Shown: positions 16,884 through 27,431, counted from the first letter of the stretch. The stretch is DNA of 64,000 bases from an uncultured candidatus Porisulfidus sp. (GCA_965116025.1 OZ220480.1:480001-544000), one strand, 5' to 3'. Numbers and translations are program-made. Notes: a model not told the origin generated them from the sequence alone.

Positions 16884-18482
16884 TCAGGGCCGGTATCGGG
16901 ACGTGATCGGATAGCGCCGGTCCCGCCCGAAAGCCCGCTCCGTCGTCTTCACCCCCGGCGGAGCCTGCCTGCGCTTGTGCTCGCTTCCGAGCACCCGGTC
17001 GATCACGTCCCGGACCAGATTGGCGTCGAAACCCCGCGCCACGATTTCCGCGAGCGAGCGGTCCTCCTCGATGAACAAGCGCAACACGTCATCCAGCACG
17101 GCGTAGTCCGGCAGCGAGTCGGAGTCTTTCTGGCCTGGCCTCAGCTCCGCCGTCGGCGCGCGGGTCAGGATCCTCTCCGGAATAATCTCGCCCGCGCGGT
17201 CGCGATGACGGGCCAACCGGTACACGCGAGTCTTGTAGATATCCTTGAGCGGGGCGAATCCCCCCGCCATATCGCCGTACAGGGTCGCGTACCCGACCGC
17301 CAGCTCGCTCTTGTTGCCGGTCGTCAAAAGCAGCTTTCCGCTCCGGTTCGAGAGCGCCATCAGCAGCAGGCCGCGGGCGCGCGCCTGCAGATTCTGGCGA
17401 ACCAGATCGTCGCGCTCGGCCTCTGGACCCAAGGTGTCGAGGGCGGCCCGGAAAACAGGCTCGATCGACAACTCCCGGGGAGGGACGCCCAAACGCTCGC
17501 ACAGCGCCCGGGCGTCCTCTCCACTAGCCGCGGAAGTGTATCGTGAGGGCAGGAGCACGGCCTCCAGGCGCTCGGGACCCAGCGCGTCCACCGCGATGAC
17601 CAGAGTCAAGGCCGAATCGATACCGCCAGACAGCCCCACCAGCGCGCCGGGCGCTCGGTGCTTGCTCACGTAGTCGCGAACTCCTAGGACCAAAGCCTGA
17701 TATAAGGTCTCGTCCTCGTCCGCCTCCTCGGCGTCCGGCCCGGCCCCGCTCCAGCTCGATCCGTCGTCCGTCAGCTCCGCTTCCGCCTCGACGAACGAGG
17801 GCAGCCGGGCGACGCGTCGCCCGGAAGCGTCCAGCGCGAAACTCCCCCCGTCGAACACCAGCTCGTCTTGTCCGCCAATCTGGTTGACGTACCAGACCGG
17901 GAGACCCGTCTCCCGAACGCGGGCGCGCGCGACTTCCAGACGCTTGGAAGCCTTGCGGAAATCGAACGGCGAGGCGCTCAGGCAGACCAGCGCCTCGGCC
18001 CCGGCCGCCGCCAGATCGGCGGCCGGCTCCGGACTCCACAAGTCCTCGCACACCAGCAACCCGAGCCGGCGGCCCGCCTCGACGACGAAAGGCTCCGATC
18101 CCGGCGCGAAATAGCGCGGCTCGTCGAAGACGTCATGGTGCGGCAGGATCCTTTTGCGGGCGAAGCCGACTCGCTGGCCCTGGTGGAGCGCGCAGGCGGC
18201 GTTGAACAACGCGCCCCGCTCGCGGACCGGGGCGCCGACGATCACCCAGCTATCCCCGCTTCTCCGCGCCAGCCGCTCCATCGCCTCGTCGACGCGGTCG
18301 AGAAAGTCCTCGCGCAACAGGAGATCCTCTGGAGAGTAGCCGCACAGCGCGAGCTCCGGGAACACCCAGATCGAGGGCTGGTCCCGGCCCGCGAGCCGCT
18401 CCTCGATGCGGGCGCGATTGCCATCGATGTCGCCGACGATCGGGTTGAACTGGACGAGCCGTACGGGAAGACGCTGGGACAT
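16884..18482 (-). CDS. nadE: Glutamine-dependent NAD+ synthetase
   Basis: CN-hydrolase 'FPEL', 'VCEDLW'; synthetase 'GLSGGIDS', 'TGNKSE', 'GYATLYGD', 'EHKRRQAPPG'. Confidence 0.95.
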   Translation of the reverse strand: MSQRLPVRLVQFNPIVGDIDGNRARIEERLAGRDQPSIWVFPELALCGYSPEDLLLREDFLDRVDEAMERLARRSGDSWVIVGAPVRERGALFNAACALHQGQRVGFARKRILPHHDVFDEPRYFAPGSEPFVVEAGRRLGLLVCEDLWSPEPAADLAAAGAEALVCLSASPFDFRKASKRLEVARARVRETGLPVWYVNQIGGQDELVFDGGSFALDASGRRVARLPSFVEAEAELTDDGSSWSGAGPDAEEADEDETLYQALVLGVRDYVSKHRAPGALVGLSGGIDSALTLVIAVDALGPERLEAVLLPSRYTSAASGEDARALCERLGVPPRELSIEPVFRAALDTLGPEAERDDLVRQNLQARARGLLLMALSNRSGKLLLTTGNKSELAVGYATLYGDMAGGFAPLKDIYKTRVYRLARHRDRAGEIIPERILTRAPTAELRPGQKDSDSLPDYAVLDDVLRLFIEEDRSLAEIVARGFDANLVRDVIDRVLGSEHKRRQAPPGVKTTERAFGRDRRYPITSRYRP

Positions 18483-18500
18483 AGGAACGCGCGAGCGCTT

Positions 18501-19670
18501 TCATTCATTGTACGTCGGAACCAATCGCAGCAGCTTCCCATCGGAATCGTCCGTCAGAAAGTAGATCAGGCCGTCCGGCAACGCTCGCGCGTCGCGGACG
18601 CGAAGCCCCCGGGGCTCCGGCAAAACGCTCTCGTCCATACCCCCATCCTTCCGCGGTCGCAGTCGGAGCGCGACCCGGGATTTCAGCGCCCCGACCAGGA
18701 AATGCCCGCGCCACCGCGCGAAGCGGTCCCCGTCATAGATCGCGAGGCCCGAGGGGGCGATCGACGGAGTCCAGTGCGTCACGGGCGGCTCGACGCCGGG
18801 CGCGCCGGTCCGCTCGCTGATCATCCCACCGGTGTATTCCCGCCCGTGCGTGACCTTGGGCCAGCCGTAATTGGCGCCCGCGCGAACGCGGTTCAGCTCG
18901 TCCCCGCCTTTCGGCCCATGCTCGTGCAGCCAAAGCTCTCCGTCTATGGGATTCCACGCGAGCCCCTGCGGGTTTCGGTGGCCATAGGAGTAGATTTCCG
19001 GGAGAGCGCCGGCATCCTCGACGAACGGATTGTCGGCCGGGACCCGCCCATCCGCATGCAAACGAATCAACTTGCCCCAGTGATTGTCCAGTCTCTGCGC
19101 GCGCTCGCGCTCGCCCCGGTCCCCCACGGTCAGGAACAGATCGCCGCGGGCGTCGAACGCCAGCCGGCCCCCGAAATGCCAGGTCAAGCCACCGCACGGT
19201 CTCGCCTCGAACAGCAACTGACCCTCCTCAAGCCGATTCCCCTGGAGACGATATCGGCTTAGCGCGAGCGTGAAACCCGCCACGCAAGACTTGCTGTAGC
19301 TGAGATAGATCCAGCGGTCGTCCGCCCGTCCGTATCGTGGATGCGTCGCCACGTCCAGCAATCCCCCCTGCCCGACCCAAATCACTTCCGGCGTTCCCTC
19401 GACCGGCCGGCGGTCGCCGAAGTCAGGATCGACGCGAAGCAGGCGCCCAGGTTTTTCCGTGATCAGCAGAGAGCCATCCGGCAAGCGCGCCAAGCTCCAG
19501 GGATACTCCAGCCCTTCCTGCAGGGTCTCGACCCGATACGAAAGATCGTCCGGCTCCCTTGACGCGACCGTTCCCGCGGCGAGCAAGGCCGCGATCATGC
19601 AGAGCGCGAGCGCGCGGGAGCTGTTCCGCCCCCTGCCCGCGCCAGTTGATCGTCGCCACGAAAACTCCAC
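18501..19670 (-). CDS. PQQ-dependent soluble aldose sugar dehydrogenase (YliI/GSDH family)
   Basis: 'GLEYPWSL', 'GQGGLLDV', 'HFGGRL', 'YGHRNPQG', 'EHGPKGGDE', 'SIAPSG'; start uncertain. Confidence 0.9.
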   Translation of the reverse strand: MEFSWRRSTGAGRGRNSSRALALCMIAALLAAGTVASREPDDLSYRVETLQEGLEYPWSLARLPDGSLLITEKPGRLLRVDPDFGDRRPVEGTPEVIWVGQGGLLDVATHPRYGRADDRWIYLSYSKSCVAGFTLALSRYRLQGNRLEEGQLLFEARPCGGLTWHFGGRLAFDARGDLFLTVGDRGERERAQRLDNHWGKLIRLHADGRVPADNPFVEDAGALPEIYSYGHRNPQGLAWNPIDGELWLHEHGPKGGDELNRVRAGANYGWPKVTHGREYTGGMISERTGAPGVEPPVTHWTPSIAPSGLAIYDGDRFARWRGHFLVGALKSRVALRLRPRKDGGMDESVLPEPRGLRVRDARALPDGLIYFLTDDSDGKLLRLVPTYNE

Positions 19671-19746
19671 CGCTCGTCTCCCCGCCTCGAGGCGATCCCG
19701 CCACTCGCGCCCCCTACAATACCATCACGCTCCTCAAGTTCGTCCC

Positions 19747-20541
19747 ATGCCGTATTCCGAGATTTTCTGGTTTTGCGTCGCGTTCGCGGTTGGCGCCGTG
19801 GCCGGCAGCTTCCTGAACGTCTTGGTATTCCGGTTGCCCGTCATGGCGCGGGAAGAGGATCCCGATCTGGACTTGTGGTCTCCGCGCTCGCGCTGCCCCC
19901 ACTGCCTTCGGACGATTCAGCCACTCGGTCTGATCCCGATTCTTGGATATCTCGTCCTGCGGGGCCGTTGCGCCTTCTGCGAAACTCCCATCTCGCCGCA
20001 ATACCCTCTTCTGGAACTGGTGGCGGGCCTGCTCGCGGTCGGCGCGCTCGCGGGCGCGGACAGCCTCGCCAAGGCTGGCGCCTACGCCACGCTGGGTTGG
20101 GGACTGATGGCCCTCGGCCTGATCGACTGGCGAACTCGAACTCTACCGGACCTGCTCGTCTATCCGCTGCTGTGGCTAGGGCTGCTGGCGAACGCGCGCG
20201 ATCTGTTCGCGCCGACGGGCGACGCGGTGATCGGGGCGGTCGCGGGCTATCTCTCTCTATGGCTCCTGAACCGTCTGTTCTATTTCTTCCGAAACGAGCC
20301 CGGCATGGGCCATGGCGATTTCAAGATGTTCGCCGTATGCGGAGCATGGCTCGGCTGGGCGCCGTTGCCCTGGGTGGCCTTGGCCGCGTCGATTCTGACC
20401 CTAGCGCCGTGGCTGGTCCTGCGGGCGCGCGGCGAAGACCGCCGCGCGCTTCCCTTCGGTCCCGCGCTGGGACTGGCGCTGTTCGGCGCTCTGGTCTGGC
20501 AGGACATCGCGGAAGCGGCGCTCGGCGGGACCGGGCTTTGA
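19747..20541 (+). CDS. pilD: Type IV prepilin peptidase/methyltransferase
   Basis: 'GSFLNV', 'RSRCPHC', 'GRCAFC', 'ID...LPD', 'GMGHGDFK', 'PFGP'. Confidence 0.93.
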   Translation: MPYSEIFWFCVAFAVGAVAGSFLNVLVFRLPVMAREEDPDLDLWSPRSRCPHCLRTIQPLGLIPILGYLVLRGRCAFCETPISPQYPLLELVAGLLAVGALAGADSLAKAGAYATLGWGLMALGLIDWRTRTLPDLLVYPLLWLGLLANARDLFAPTGDAVIGAVAGYLSLWLLNRLFYFFRNEPGMGHGDFKMFAVCGAWLGWAPLPWVALAASILTLAPWLVLRARGEDRRALPFGPALGLALFGALVWQDIAEAALGGTGL

Positions 20542-20551
20542 GGGCGGGCGC

Positions 20552-21145
20552 GTGATCCGGGTCGGCATGACGGGCGGAATCGCCTGCGGGAAATCTCAGG
20601 CCGCCCATCGCTTCGCGGAACTCGGCGTCCCCATCATCGACGCCGACGATGTCGCGCGGGCGCTGACCGCCCCGGATGGCCGGCTGGCCCGGGCCGTGGC
20701 AGAGCGGGCTGGGCCGGAAACGCTGGCGAAAGACGGAAGTCTGGACCGGACACGGCTACGCGCGCGAATGTTTCGCGACGAGGCCCTGCGCCGGGATCTG
20801 GAGTCCCTGCTGCACCCCCCGATACGGACCGCCATTCGAGACTGGTTCGCGCGGCAAGAAGGAAAACCTTACGCCATCGCGGTGGTTCCGCTGCTGGTGG
20901 AGGCCGGCTGGCGGGATGACGTGGATCGAATTCTGGTCGTGCACTGCCCCGAGCGCTTGCAACGCGCGCGATTGCGCGCGCGCGCTCCAAAAATGGATAA
21001 TACGCAGACTGACGCCATCCTGTCCGCGCAGCTATCGGCGGCGGAGCGATTGCGGCATGCGGACGACGTGATCGTGAACGAGGCGGGACTGGACGCCTTG
21101 GAACGAGCGGCAGAAGATCTGCATCGAAAATACATGGCGGCATGA
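20552..21145 (+). CDS. coaE: Dephospho-CoA kinase
   Basis: 'GMTGGIACGKS', 'IDAD', 'LHP.I', 'PLLVE'; follows pilD. Confidence 0.95.
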   Translation: MIRVGMTGGIACGKSQAAHRFAELGVPIIDADDVARALTAPDGRLARAVAERAGPETLAKDGSLDRTRLRARMFRDEALRRDLESLLHPPIRTAIRDWFARQEGKPYAIAVVPLLVEAGWRDDVDRILVVHCPERLQRARLRARAPKMDNTQTDAILSAQLSAAERLRHADDVIVNEAGLDALERAAEDLHRKYMAA

Positions 21146-21924
21146 GCGACGCTTCTCCTTCCTCCTTAGTCTACGAGCAGGCGGTCAACGAGCGCATGCG
21201 CGCGTTTCTGCGCATCGACTTTCTGGCGCGGCAGTTCGAGCGCCACTACGCCGAGGCTTCCCTGTGGGGGATCCGCGCCGCGGTCTCCACCTTGCTGGAG
21301 TTCGTCAGCCTGATCAGCCGGCACAACATCAAGGTCGAGTTGATCCGGGAACTGGACCAACGGCTTTCCTGGCTCGAGATGCTGGGCGCGTCCGACAACG
21401 CGGACCCGGACCTCCTTCGGGAAATCATCGAGCTGCACCAAAGCCTTCGGGAAGACGCGCACAACCTGCGGTATCCCGTGCACCAGCACCTCACCCGAAA
21501 CGACATGCTCAACACCGTCAGCCAGCGCATCCGCATGCCCGGGTGCACCAGCGAGACCGACATCCCCCAATACCACAACTGGCTGGCCCACGGCCAGATC
21601 GACCATGCAGCCCAGCTGCGGCAGTGGTACGAACCATTCGCGCCCATCATCGAGATCGCGCGGACCGTGCTGGAGATGGTGCGCGACAGCGCCCCGTTCA
21701 CGCCCGAGACCGCCCGGGAGGGCTGGTTCGAGCGCCCGCTGGACCCAGGGCGAGCGCATCAGATGATCCGCATACGCATGCCCGAGAACTCGGACATCTA
21801 TCCAGAGATCAGCATCGGGAAGCGCGCCTTCAGCATCGTGTTTCGCGAGGGCGGGGACCCGGCGCGACGGCCCGCCCAGACCAGCCAGGAAATCGAGTTC
21901 GAACTAGCCTGCTGCCTGTTCTAG
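21142..21924 (+). CDS. zapD: Cell division protein ZapD
   Basis: 'YEQ.VNERMR.FLR', 'PG.T...D.P.YH.WL', 'YPEIS.GK', 'FELACC'. Confidence 0.92.
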   Translation: MSDASPSSLVYEQAVNERMRAFLRIDFLARQFERHYAEASLWGIRAAVSTLLEFVSLISRHNIKVELIRELDQRLSWLEMLGASDNADPDLLREIIELHQSLREDAHNLRYPVHQHLTRNDMLNTVSQRIRMPGCTSETDIPQYHNWLAHGQIDHAAQLRQWYEPFAPIIEIARTVLEMVRDSAPFTPETAREGWFERPLDPGRAHQMIRIRMPENSDIYPEISIGKRAFSIVFREGGDPARRPAQTSQEIEFELACCLF

Positions 21925-24029
21925 ACGGCTCCCAACCTCCGGGACTCCCCGAGCCAGCGCTCCAGAATCGGCTCCACCGCCTCCGGCTCCTTCTGGACGA
22001 TCTCCCGGGCGATCCGCTGCACCCGCCGCAACTGCCGCTCGTCCCGCGAAAGGTCGGCGACCCGAAAAACCTTCTCTCCAGCCTGACGAACCCCGAGCAA
22101 CTGTCCCGGCCCACGCAAGCGCAGATCCTTGCGCGCGATCTCGAACCCGTCGGTCGTCTCGCGCATGATCTGGATACGCGCCCGGGCGGTTTCCGACAAC
22201 GGCGCCTTGTACAGCAGCACGCAGCTGCTCTGCTCGGAGCTCCGTCCAACCCGACCGCGTAGCTGATGCAGCTGCGCCAGCCCGAGCCGCTCCGCGTTCT
22301 CGATCACCATCAGGGAAGCGTTCGGGGCGTCGACGCCAACCTCAATGACCGTGGTCGCCACCAGAAGCTGAATCTCCCCATTCTTGAAACGCCGCATGAC
22401 GTGGTCCTTGTCCGATGCCTTCATCCGGCCGTGCACCAGCCCAACCTCAAGCTCGGGCAGTGACCGACGCAACCGATCCCAAGCGCTTTCCGCCGCCTCG
22501 CACTGCAAAGCCTCAGACTCCTCCACCAGCGTGCAGACCCAATACGCCTGCCGCCCACCCCCGCAAGCCTCCCGGATCCTCCGCATCAACTCGTCGCGCC
22601 GGTCCTCCGCCATCACGGCGGTCTGGACCGGCTTGCGACCTGGAGGCAGCTCGTCCAAGATCGAGGAATCCAGGTCGGCGTAGAACGTCATGGCCAAACT
22701 GCGCGGGATCGGGGTCGCCGTCATGATCAGCTGGTGCGGGTGCGTCTCCCCGCCTTCGCCCTTGCGCCGCAAGGCCAGGCGCTGATGCACCCCAAACCGA
22801 TGTTGCTCGTCGATGATCAGCAAGCCCAGTCGATCGAAACGCACATCCTCCTGAATCAGGGCATGCGTGCCGACCACGACGCGGGCCTGATGGCCGCGAA
22901 CGCGCGCTTTTTCCAGCTCTTTTCGCTTGCGGGTCTGGCCGCTCGACAGAAGCGCCACCGAGATTCCTAGCGGAAACAGCCAGTTCCAGAAACTGCGGTA
23001 ATGCTGCTCCGCCAGCAATTCGGTCGGCGCCATCACCGCCACCTGCGCGTTGGAGGCGGTGACGCACAACGCGGCGGCCAGCGCGACGACGGTCTTGCCG
23101 GACCCGACGTCGCCCTGCAACAAGCGCATCATGGGATGACTCCGGGCGAGGTCCTTCTGGATTTCCCGAATCACCCGCTCCTGCGCCCGGGTGAGCGGAA
23201 AGGGCAAGCGCTCCAGAAACTTTCGGGTCAATTCCTCGCCCCCCGGAAACGATTCCGCTGGCCGGCGCTCCACTTGGTCGCGCAAACGAATAAAGCTCAA
23301 ATGGTACGCCGCCAACTCCTCCACGATCAAACGTTGCCGGTCCGGGTCGGCTTCCGAGAGCGGGCTCGCCGCGTCGCGCTTCGCGTCCGGCTCATGCAGG
23401 CGGCGCAGGGCCTCAATGAAGCCCGGTAGCCCTTGACTTCGGAACAAATCTTCCCAAACCGGCCATTCCAGCCATTCCTGATTCTCCTCGGCCCAGTCCA
23501 AAGCCCGGCGAATCAACTTGCGCAGAGAGATCTGCGCGAGCCCATCCGTCGTCGAATACACCGGCGTCAAATGGTCCGCCCCGGCGGGCGACGAGCCCTC
23601 CGCCACCGGCTCGAACTCCGGATGGTACATGCGGAAGGATCGGCGCCACAGCTTGATCTCCCCGAAGCATCGCACCCGCGTTCCCGGGGCCAGCTGATCT
23701 CGCTGGAAAGAGCTGAAGCGCATGAAGCACAGCTCCAGCGCGCCCGGGGAGTCGTCTCCCAATCTCACGCGCAACCTTCGCCCGCGGTAAGACTCCACGC
23801 GAACGTCCCGCACGACACCCTCGACCATGCAGCGGACTCCCGGGCGCAAAGCGTCCAAAGGCGCCAAGCGGGTCCGATCCTCGTAGGCCCGGGGCAAATG
23901 CAGCAACAGGTGGTCGATTCGGGTGATGCCCAGCCGCGCGAGCTTCTCGCGGATCCGGGGGCCCACTCCCGGCAGGGCCGTCAGGGCCGCCTCCGCCGGA
24001 TCCGAAACGGGAGGGTCGGTCCGGGTCAT
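21921..24029 (-). CDS. recG: ATP-dependent DNA helicase RecG
   Basis: 'LQGDVGSGKT', 'DEQHRFGV', 'MTATPIPR', 'QLHQLRGRVGR'. Confidence 0.97.
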   Translation of the reverse strand: MTRTDPPVSDPAEAALTALPGVGPRIREKLARLGITRIDHLLLHLPRAYEDRTRLAPLDALRPGVRCMVEGVVRDVRVESYRGRRLRVRLGDDSPGALELCFMRFSSFQRDQLAPGTRVRCFGEIKLWRRSFRMYHPEFEPVAEGSSPAGADHLTPVYSTTDGLAQISLRKLIRRALDWAEENQEWLEWPVWEDLFRSQGLPGFIEALRRLHEPDAKRDAASPLSEADPDRQRLIVEELAAYHLSFIRLRDQVERRPAESFPGGEELTRKFLERLPFPLTRAQERVIREIQKDLARSHPMMRLLQGDVGSGKTVVALAAALCVTASNAQVAVMAPTELLAEQHYRSFWNWLFPLGISVALLSSGQTRKRKELEKARVRGHQARVVVGTHALIQEDVRFDRLGLLIIDEQHRFGVHQRLALRRKGEGGETHPHQLIMTATPIPRSLAMTFYADLDSSILDELPPGRKPVQTAVMAEDRRDELMRRIREACGGGRQAYWVCTLVEESEALQCEAAESAWDRLRRSLPELEVGLVHGRMKASDKDHVMRRFKNGEIQLLVATTVIEVGVDAPNASLMVIENAERLGLAQLHQLRGRVGRSSEQSSCVLLYKAPLSETARARIQIMRETTDGFEIARKDLRLRGPGQLLGVRQAGEKVFRVADLSRDERQLRRVQRIAREIVQKEPEAVEPILERWLGESRRLGAV

Positions 24030-24038
24030 CCGGGCGAA

Positions 24039-24425
24039 TCAGCCGCCCAAATTCAGGATCGCGTCCATCTCGACCGCCGCCGCCTTGGGGAGCGCGGCCA
24101 CGCCCACCGCGGCGCGCGCCGGATACGGCTCCGAGAAATACTCCGCCATCACCTCGTTGACCAGCGGAAAGTGATCCAAATCGGTCAGGTACACCGTCAG
24201 CTTGACGCAATCCGCCAAACTACCGCCGCTCGCCACGGCGACCGCCTCCAGATTCCGGAGCACCCTGCGGATCTGCGCGCGCGCGTCCCCCTCGACCATT
24301 CGCATGGTCTCGGGGTCCAGCGGAATCTGCCCGGAAAGGAAGACCCAATCGCCACTCCGGACGGCTTGGGAATACGCGCCGATCGCGCCGGGCGCGTCAG
24401 GCGCGCTGATGGGTTCTCTGGACAT
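24039..24425 (-). CDS. ridA: RidA/YjgF family enamine/imine deaminase
   Basis: 'AIGAYSQA', 'SGQIPLDP', '[13 protein letters not shown]...VE'. Confidence 0.93.
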   Translation of the reverse strand: MSREPISAPDAPGAIGAYSQAVRSGDWVFLSGQIPLDPETMRMVEGDARAQIRRVLRNLEAVAVASGGSLADCVKLTVYLTDLDHFPLVNEVMAEYFSEPYPARAAVGVAALPKAAAVEMDAILNLGG

Positions 24426-24503
24426 TCGCGAACGAGCTCGAGGCCTTCGAGATCTACGCGAGACGCGAGGCTCTCTGATTTCGCTCTTCTCGTCGTGGCG
24501 CGA

Positions 24504-24947
24504 TCATCCGGCCACGTAACTGATGCTCAGGCCGATAAAGCTCACCGCGCCAACGGTGGCCAGAATGAACCATTGGAGATTCGTGACGCGAAGCTCACGC
24601 TCGATTCGACTTTCGAGCATCAATTTCTCTATATGGTGTCCCATCTCTTTCATGTCGGCGCGAAAACCCGTCTCCATGTTCTTCACGTCGGAGCGGATGC
24701 CGGACTCCATCTTGTCCATCTTGCCTTGAAGGCTGAGTTCCACTCGGTCCAGGTCGGCCTCGGTGGCCAACCCGCCTTGCACGTCCTGAGTGGCGTTGAC
24801 GATGGTCTTCGCCTGCCGCCCGTCGAACCCCGCTTCCACCAAGCCACCCGACGCTCTCATCGTGTCGAAATGTGATCGTGGCCGTCCCCGTTTCCGCGCC
24901 GCGGGGGCGGGATCAGGCTTTCGCTGGGCGTTCTGGCTGGGGCTCAT
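24504..24947 (-). CDS. DUF1640/CCDC90-like coiled-coil membrane-anchored protein with N-terminal AT-hook-like motif
   Basis: 'FDT....L.EAGF...QA..IV', 'LATEADL', ~11-residue periodic coiled coil, C-term TM 'LQWFILATVGAVSFIGL'; SD AAGGAAGG. Confidence 0.75.
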   Translation of the reverse strand: MSPSQNAQRKPDPAPAARKRGRPRSHFDTMRASGGLVEAGFDGRQAKTIVNATQDVQGGLATEADLDRVELSLQGKMDKMESGIRSDVKNMETGFRADMKEMGHHIEKLMLESRIERELRVTNLQWFILATVGAVSFIGLSISYVAG

Positions 24948-25224
24948 ACGAATAACCTTCCTTAGCTGGGCGGATAACGAGGAGAGGAGCGTTTATGGGG
25001 ACTCCAGTCCAGATCATGCGCCATCATACACGATCTCCCGGAAGCGAGAATCGGGCCGGGTGTCCGAGATAACATATTTTCTCAGTGAATCAACAGCTTA
25101 ATTAATCTGTCGGTCGCGCGCTTGGCAGAGCGACCATGCGCCGTCTCCGCGACGAGCGCGCGAGGCGTTGATCCTTTGTCAGGTTTCTGAGGTATCGATA
25201 GGGTTGGCCGCCGCCGGGACCGCG

Positions 25225-27414
25225 TTAGCCAAACAGGCGCGCGACCTTGCGGACGTCCGGCAGACGCCGGACCGTCTTGATGATCGCCGCCAAATGAACG
25301 CGGTCGCGAACGTTCAGGATGAACCGCATGCTGGTGTTGGCCGTGCCGTGCGCCTCGTCCAGATTGACCCCGGCGATGTTGCTGCCTTCCTCGGCGATGG
25401 CCGCGGCCACGCGGGCCAGAAGTCCCCGGCGGTTCTTGATGAAGACCCGGATCGAGACCGGATACTCGCCGTCCACTTTCTCCGCCCATCCGCAGGGGAT
25501 CCACCGCTCTGGAGACTTCCGGAGCCGCTTGAGGTTGGGGCAGTCGCTGCGATGGATCACCAAACCGTGCCCCGCTGAGGCGATGCCGGTGATCTTGTCG
25601 CCTGGGATCGGACGGCAGCATTTGGCGAACGCGACGGCCATCCCCTCGGTCCCCTGCAAGGCGACCGGTCGGTCGCGCTTTCGTCCCAGCACGCGATCCA
25701 GCCAGCGCGTCGATCGCCGGGAGGGCCCTTCCGAATCCGCCAGTTGGTGCGCCACGATCGGGGCCATCAGCCGGCCCAGCCCGATATCCCGAAACAGCTG
25801 CCGCTCGTCCTCGACCTTCATGGCCTTGAGCGCGCTCGACACCCGTTTTTCCGGGAGGTCCGAGAAAACCGTCTCGAAGCGGGCCAGCGCCTTGTCCAGC
25901 AACCGCCCTCCCAGCTCCTCCGCCTGCTCCTCCTTCAGGCCCTTCAAGTACTGTCGAATGGACGAGCGCGCCTTGACGGTCACCACGAAATCCAGCCAGG
26001 CCGGCGACGGCTCGCCATGCGCCGCGGTCAGAATCTCGACCGTCTGACCGTTGCTCAGTTCCGTGCTCAGGGGCGAGGCGACGCGATCGATTTTCGCCCC
26101 CACGCAGGCGTCGCCGACTCCGGAATGGATCGCGTAAGCGAAATCCAAAGCGGTGGCGCCCTGCGGCAGGCGGAGGATGTCTCCCGCCGGCGTGAACACA
26201 TACACCTCGTGCGGAAAAAGATCCACCTTGACATGTTCCAGGAACTCCATGGAGTCTGGAGCGAGGCGTCGGATATCCAGGATGCTCTGCATCCAGGTTT
26301 TAGCGTGCGCTGGCAGATACGGGCCCGCGTCGGACTTGTAGCTCCAGTGCGCCGCGACTCCGCCCTCCGCCACCTGCTCCATCTCCTGCGTGCGAACCTG
26401 GATCTCCAGCGGCAGCGCGTCCGGACCCTGCAGAGTGGTATGCAGGGACTGATAGCCGTTGGCCTTCGGAATCGCTATGTAGTCCTTGAACTTTCCCGGC
26501 AGCGGCTTGTACAAGCCATGCACGACCCCCAGCGCTCGGTAGCACTGGTCCGCCGTGTCCACGATCACCCGAAATCCGTAGACGTCGAAGACCTCGTCGA
26601 ACGACAGGCTCTTGTCCCGCATCTTGCAATAGACGCTATAGACGCTCTTCTCGCGTCCTTCGACCCGCGCCTCGATGCCTCGTTCCCGAATGCGCTGAAC
26701 CAAGGTCTCGCGAAGATTCTCGACCCGGTCGCGCTGCCGCCCGCGATGGGCCCGAATCGCCTTCCCGAGAACGCGGCTGCGCATCGGATGCAGCGTCTCG
26801 AAAGCGCGTCTCTCCAACTCCAGGCAAAGCGCGTTCATTCCCAGACGGCGCGCGATAGGGACGTACACCTCGAGAGTCTCGCGCGCGATGCGCGACCGTT
26901 TTTCCTTCGGCAACACGTCCAGCGTTCGCATGTTGTGCAGACGGTCCGCCAGCTTGACCAGCATCACCCGGATGTCGCGCACCATCGCCAGCATCATCTT
27001 GCTGAAATTGGCCGCCTGCACCTCGCCGCGCGAGACGCCATCCAGATGCGTCAGCTTGCTGACCCCGTCCACAAGGTGCGCGACGTCCTCGCCAAACTCC
27101 TGCCGAATCTGGTCGCGGGCGGTCCGCGTGTCCTCGATCACGTCGTGCAGCAAGGCCGCCACTATGGTGTCCGCGTCCAGACGCAAGTCGGCCAAGGTGC
27201 AGGCCACCGACAGCGGGTGGGTGATGTAGGGCTCGCCGGACAACCGGTATTGCTCGGCATGCCGTTCGGCGCCGAAGAGATACGCGCGGTAGACGCGCCT
27301 GACCTGATCCAGATCGAGGTAGCGATCCAGCTGCTCGCAAAGCGTGTGGAAGCGAACGGCGCCCGGCGAGACCTCGTCAACCGGCGCGGGAGCCGATTCC
27401 ACCGCCGAGGACAT
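25225..27414 (-). CDS. spoT: Bifunctional (p)ppGpp synthetase/hydrolase
   Basis: 'R.SGEPYITHP', 'LLHDVIED', 'KLADRLHNMRT', 'YQSLHT', TGS and ACT domains. Confidence 0.96.
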   Translation of the reverse strand: MSSAVESAPAPVDEVSPGAVRFHTLCEQLDRYLDLDQVRRVYRAYLFGAERHAEQYRLSGEPYITHPLSVACTLADLRLDADTIVAALLHDVIEDTRTARDQIRQEFGEDVAHLVDGVSKLTHLDGVSRGEVQAANFSKMMLAMVRDIRVMLVKLADRLHNMRTLDVLPKEKRSRIARETLEVYVPIARRLGMNALCLELERRAFETLHPMRSRVLGKAIRAHRGRQRDRVENLRETLVQRIRERGIEARVEGREKSVYSVYCKMRDKSLSFDEVFDVYGFRVIVDTADQCYRALGVVHGLYKPLPGKFKDYIAIPKANGYQSLHTTLQGPDALPLEIQVRTQEMEQVAEGGVAAHWSYKSDAGPYLPAHAKTWMQSILDIRRLAPDSMEFLEHVKVDLFPHEVYVFTPAGDILRLPQGATALDFAYAIHSGVGDACVGAKIDRVASPLSTELSNGQTVEILTAAHGEPSPAWLDFVVTVKARSSIRQYLKGLKEEQAEELGGRLLDKALARFETVFSDLPEKRVSSALKAMKVEDERQLFRDIGLGRLMAPIVAHQLADSEGPSRRSTRWLDRVLGRKRDRPVALQGTEGMAVAFAKCCRPIPGDKITGIASAGHGLVIHRSDCPNLKRLRKSPERWIPCGWAEKVDGEYPVSIRVFIKNRRGLLARVAAAIAEEGSNIAGVNLDEAHGTANTSMRFILNVRDRVHLAAIIKTVRRLPDVRKVARLFG

Positions 27415-27431
27415 GCGCGAAAGCCAGCGGG

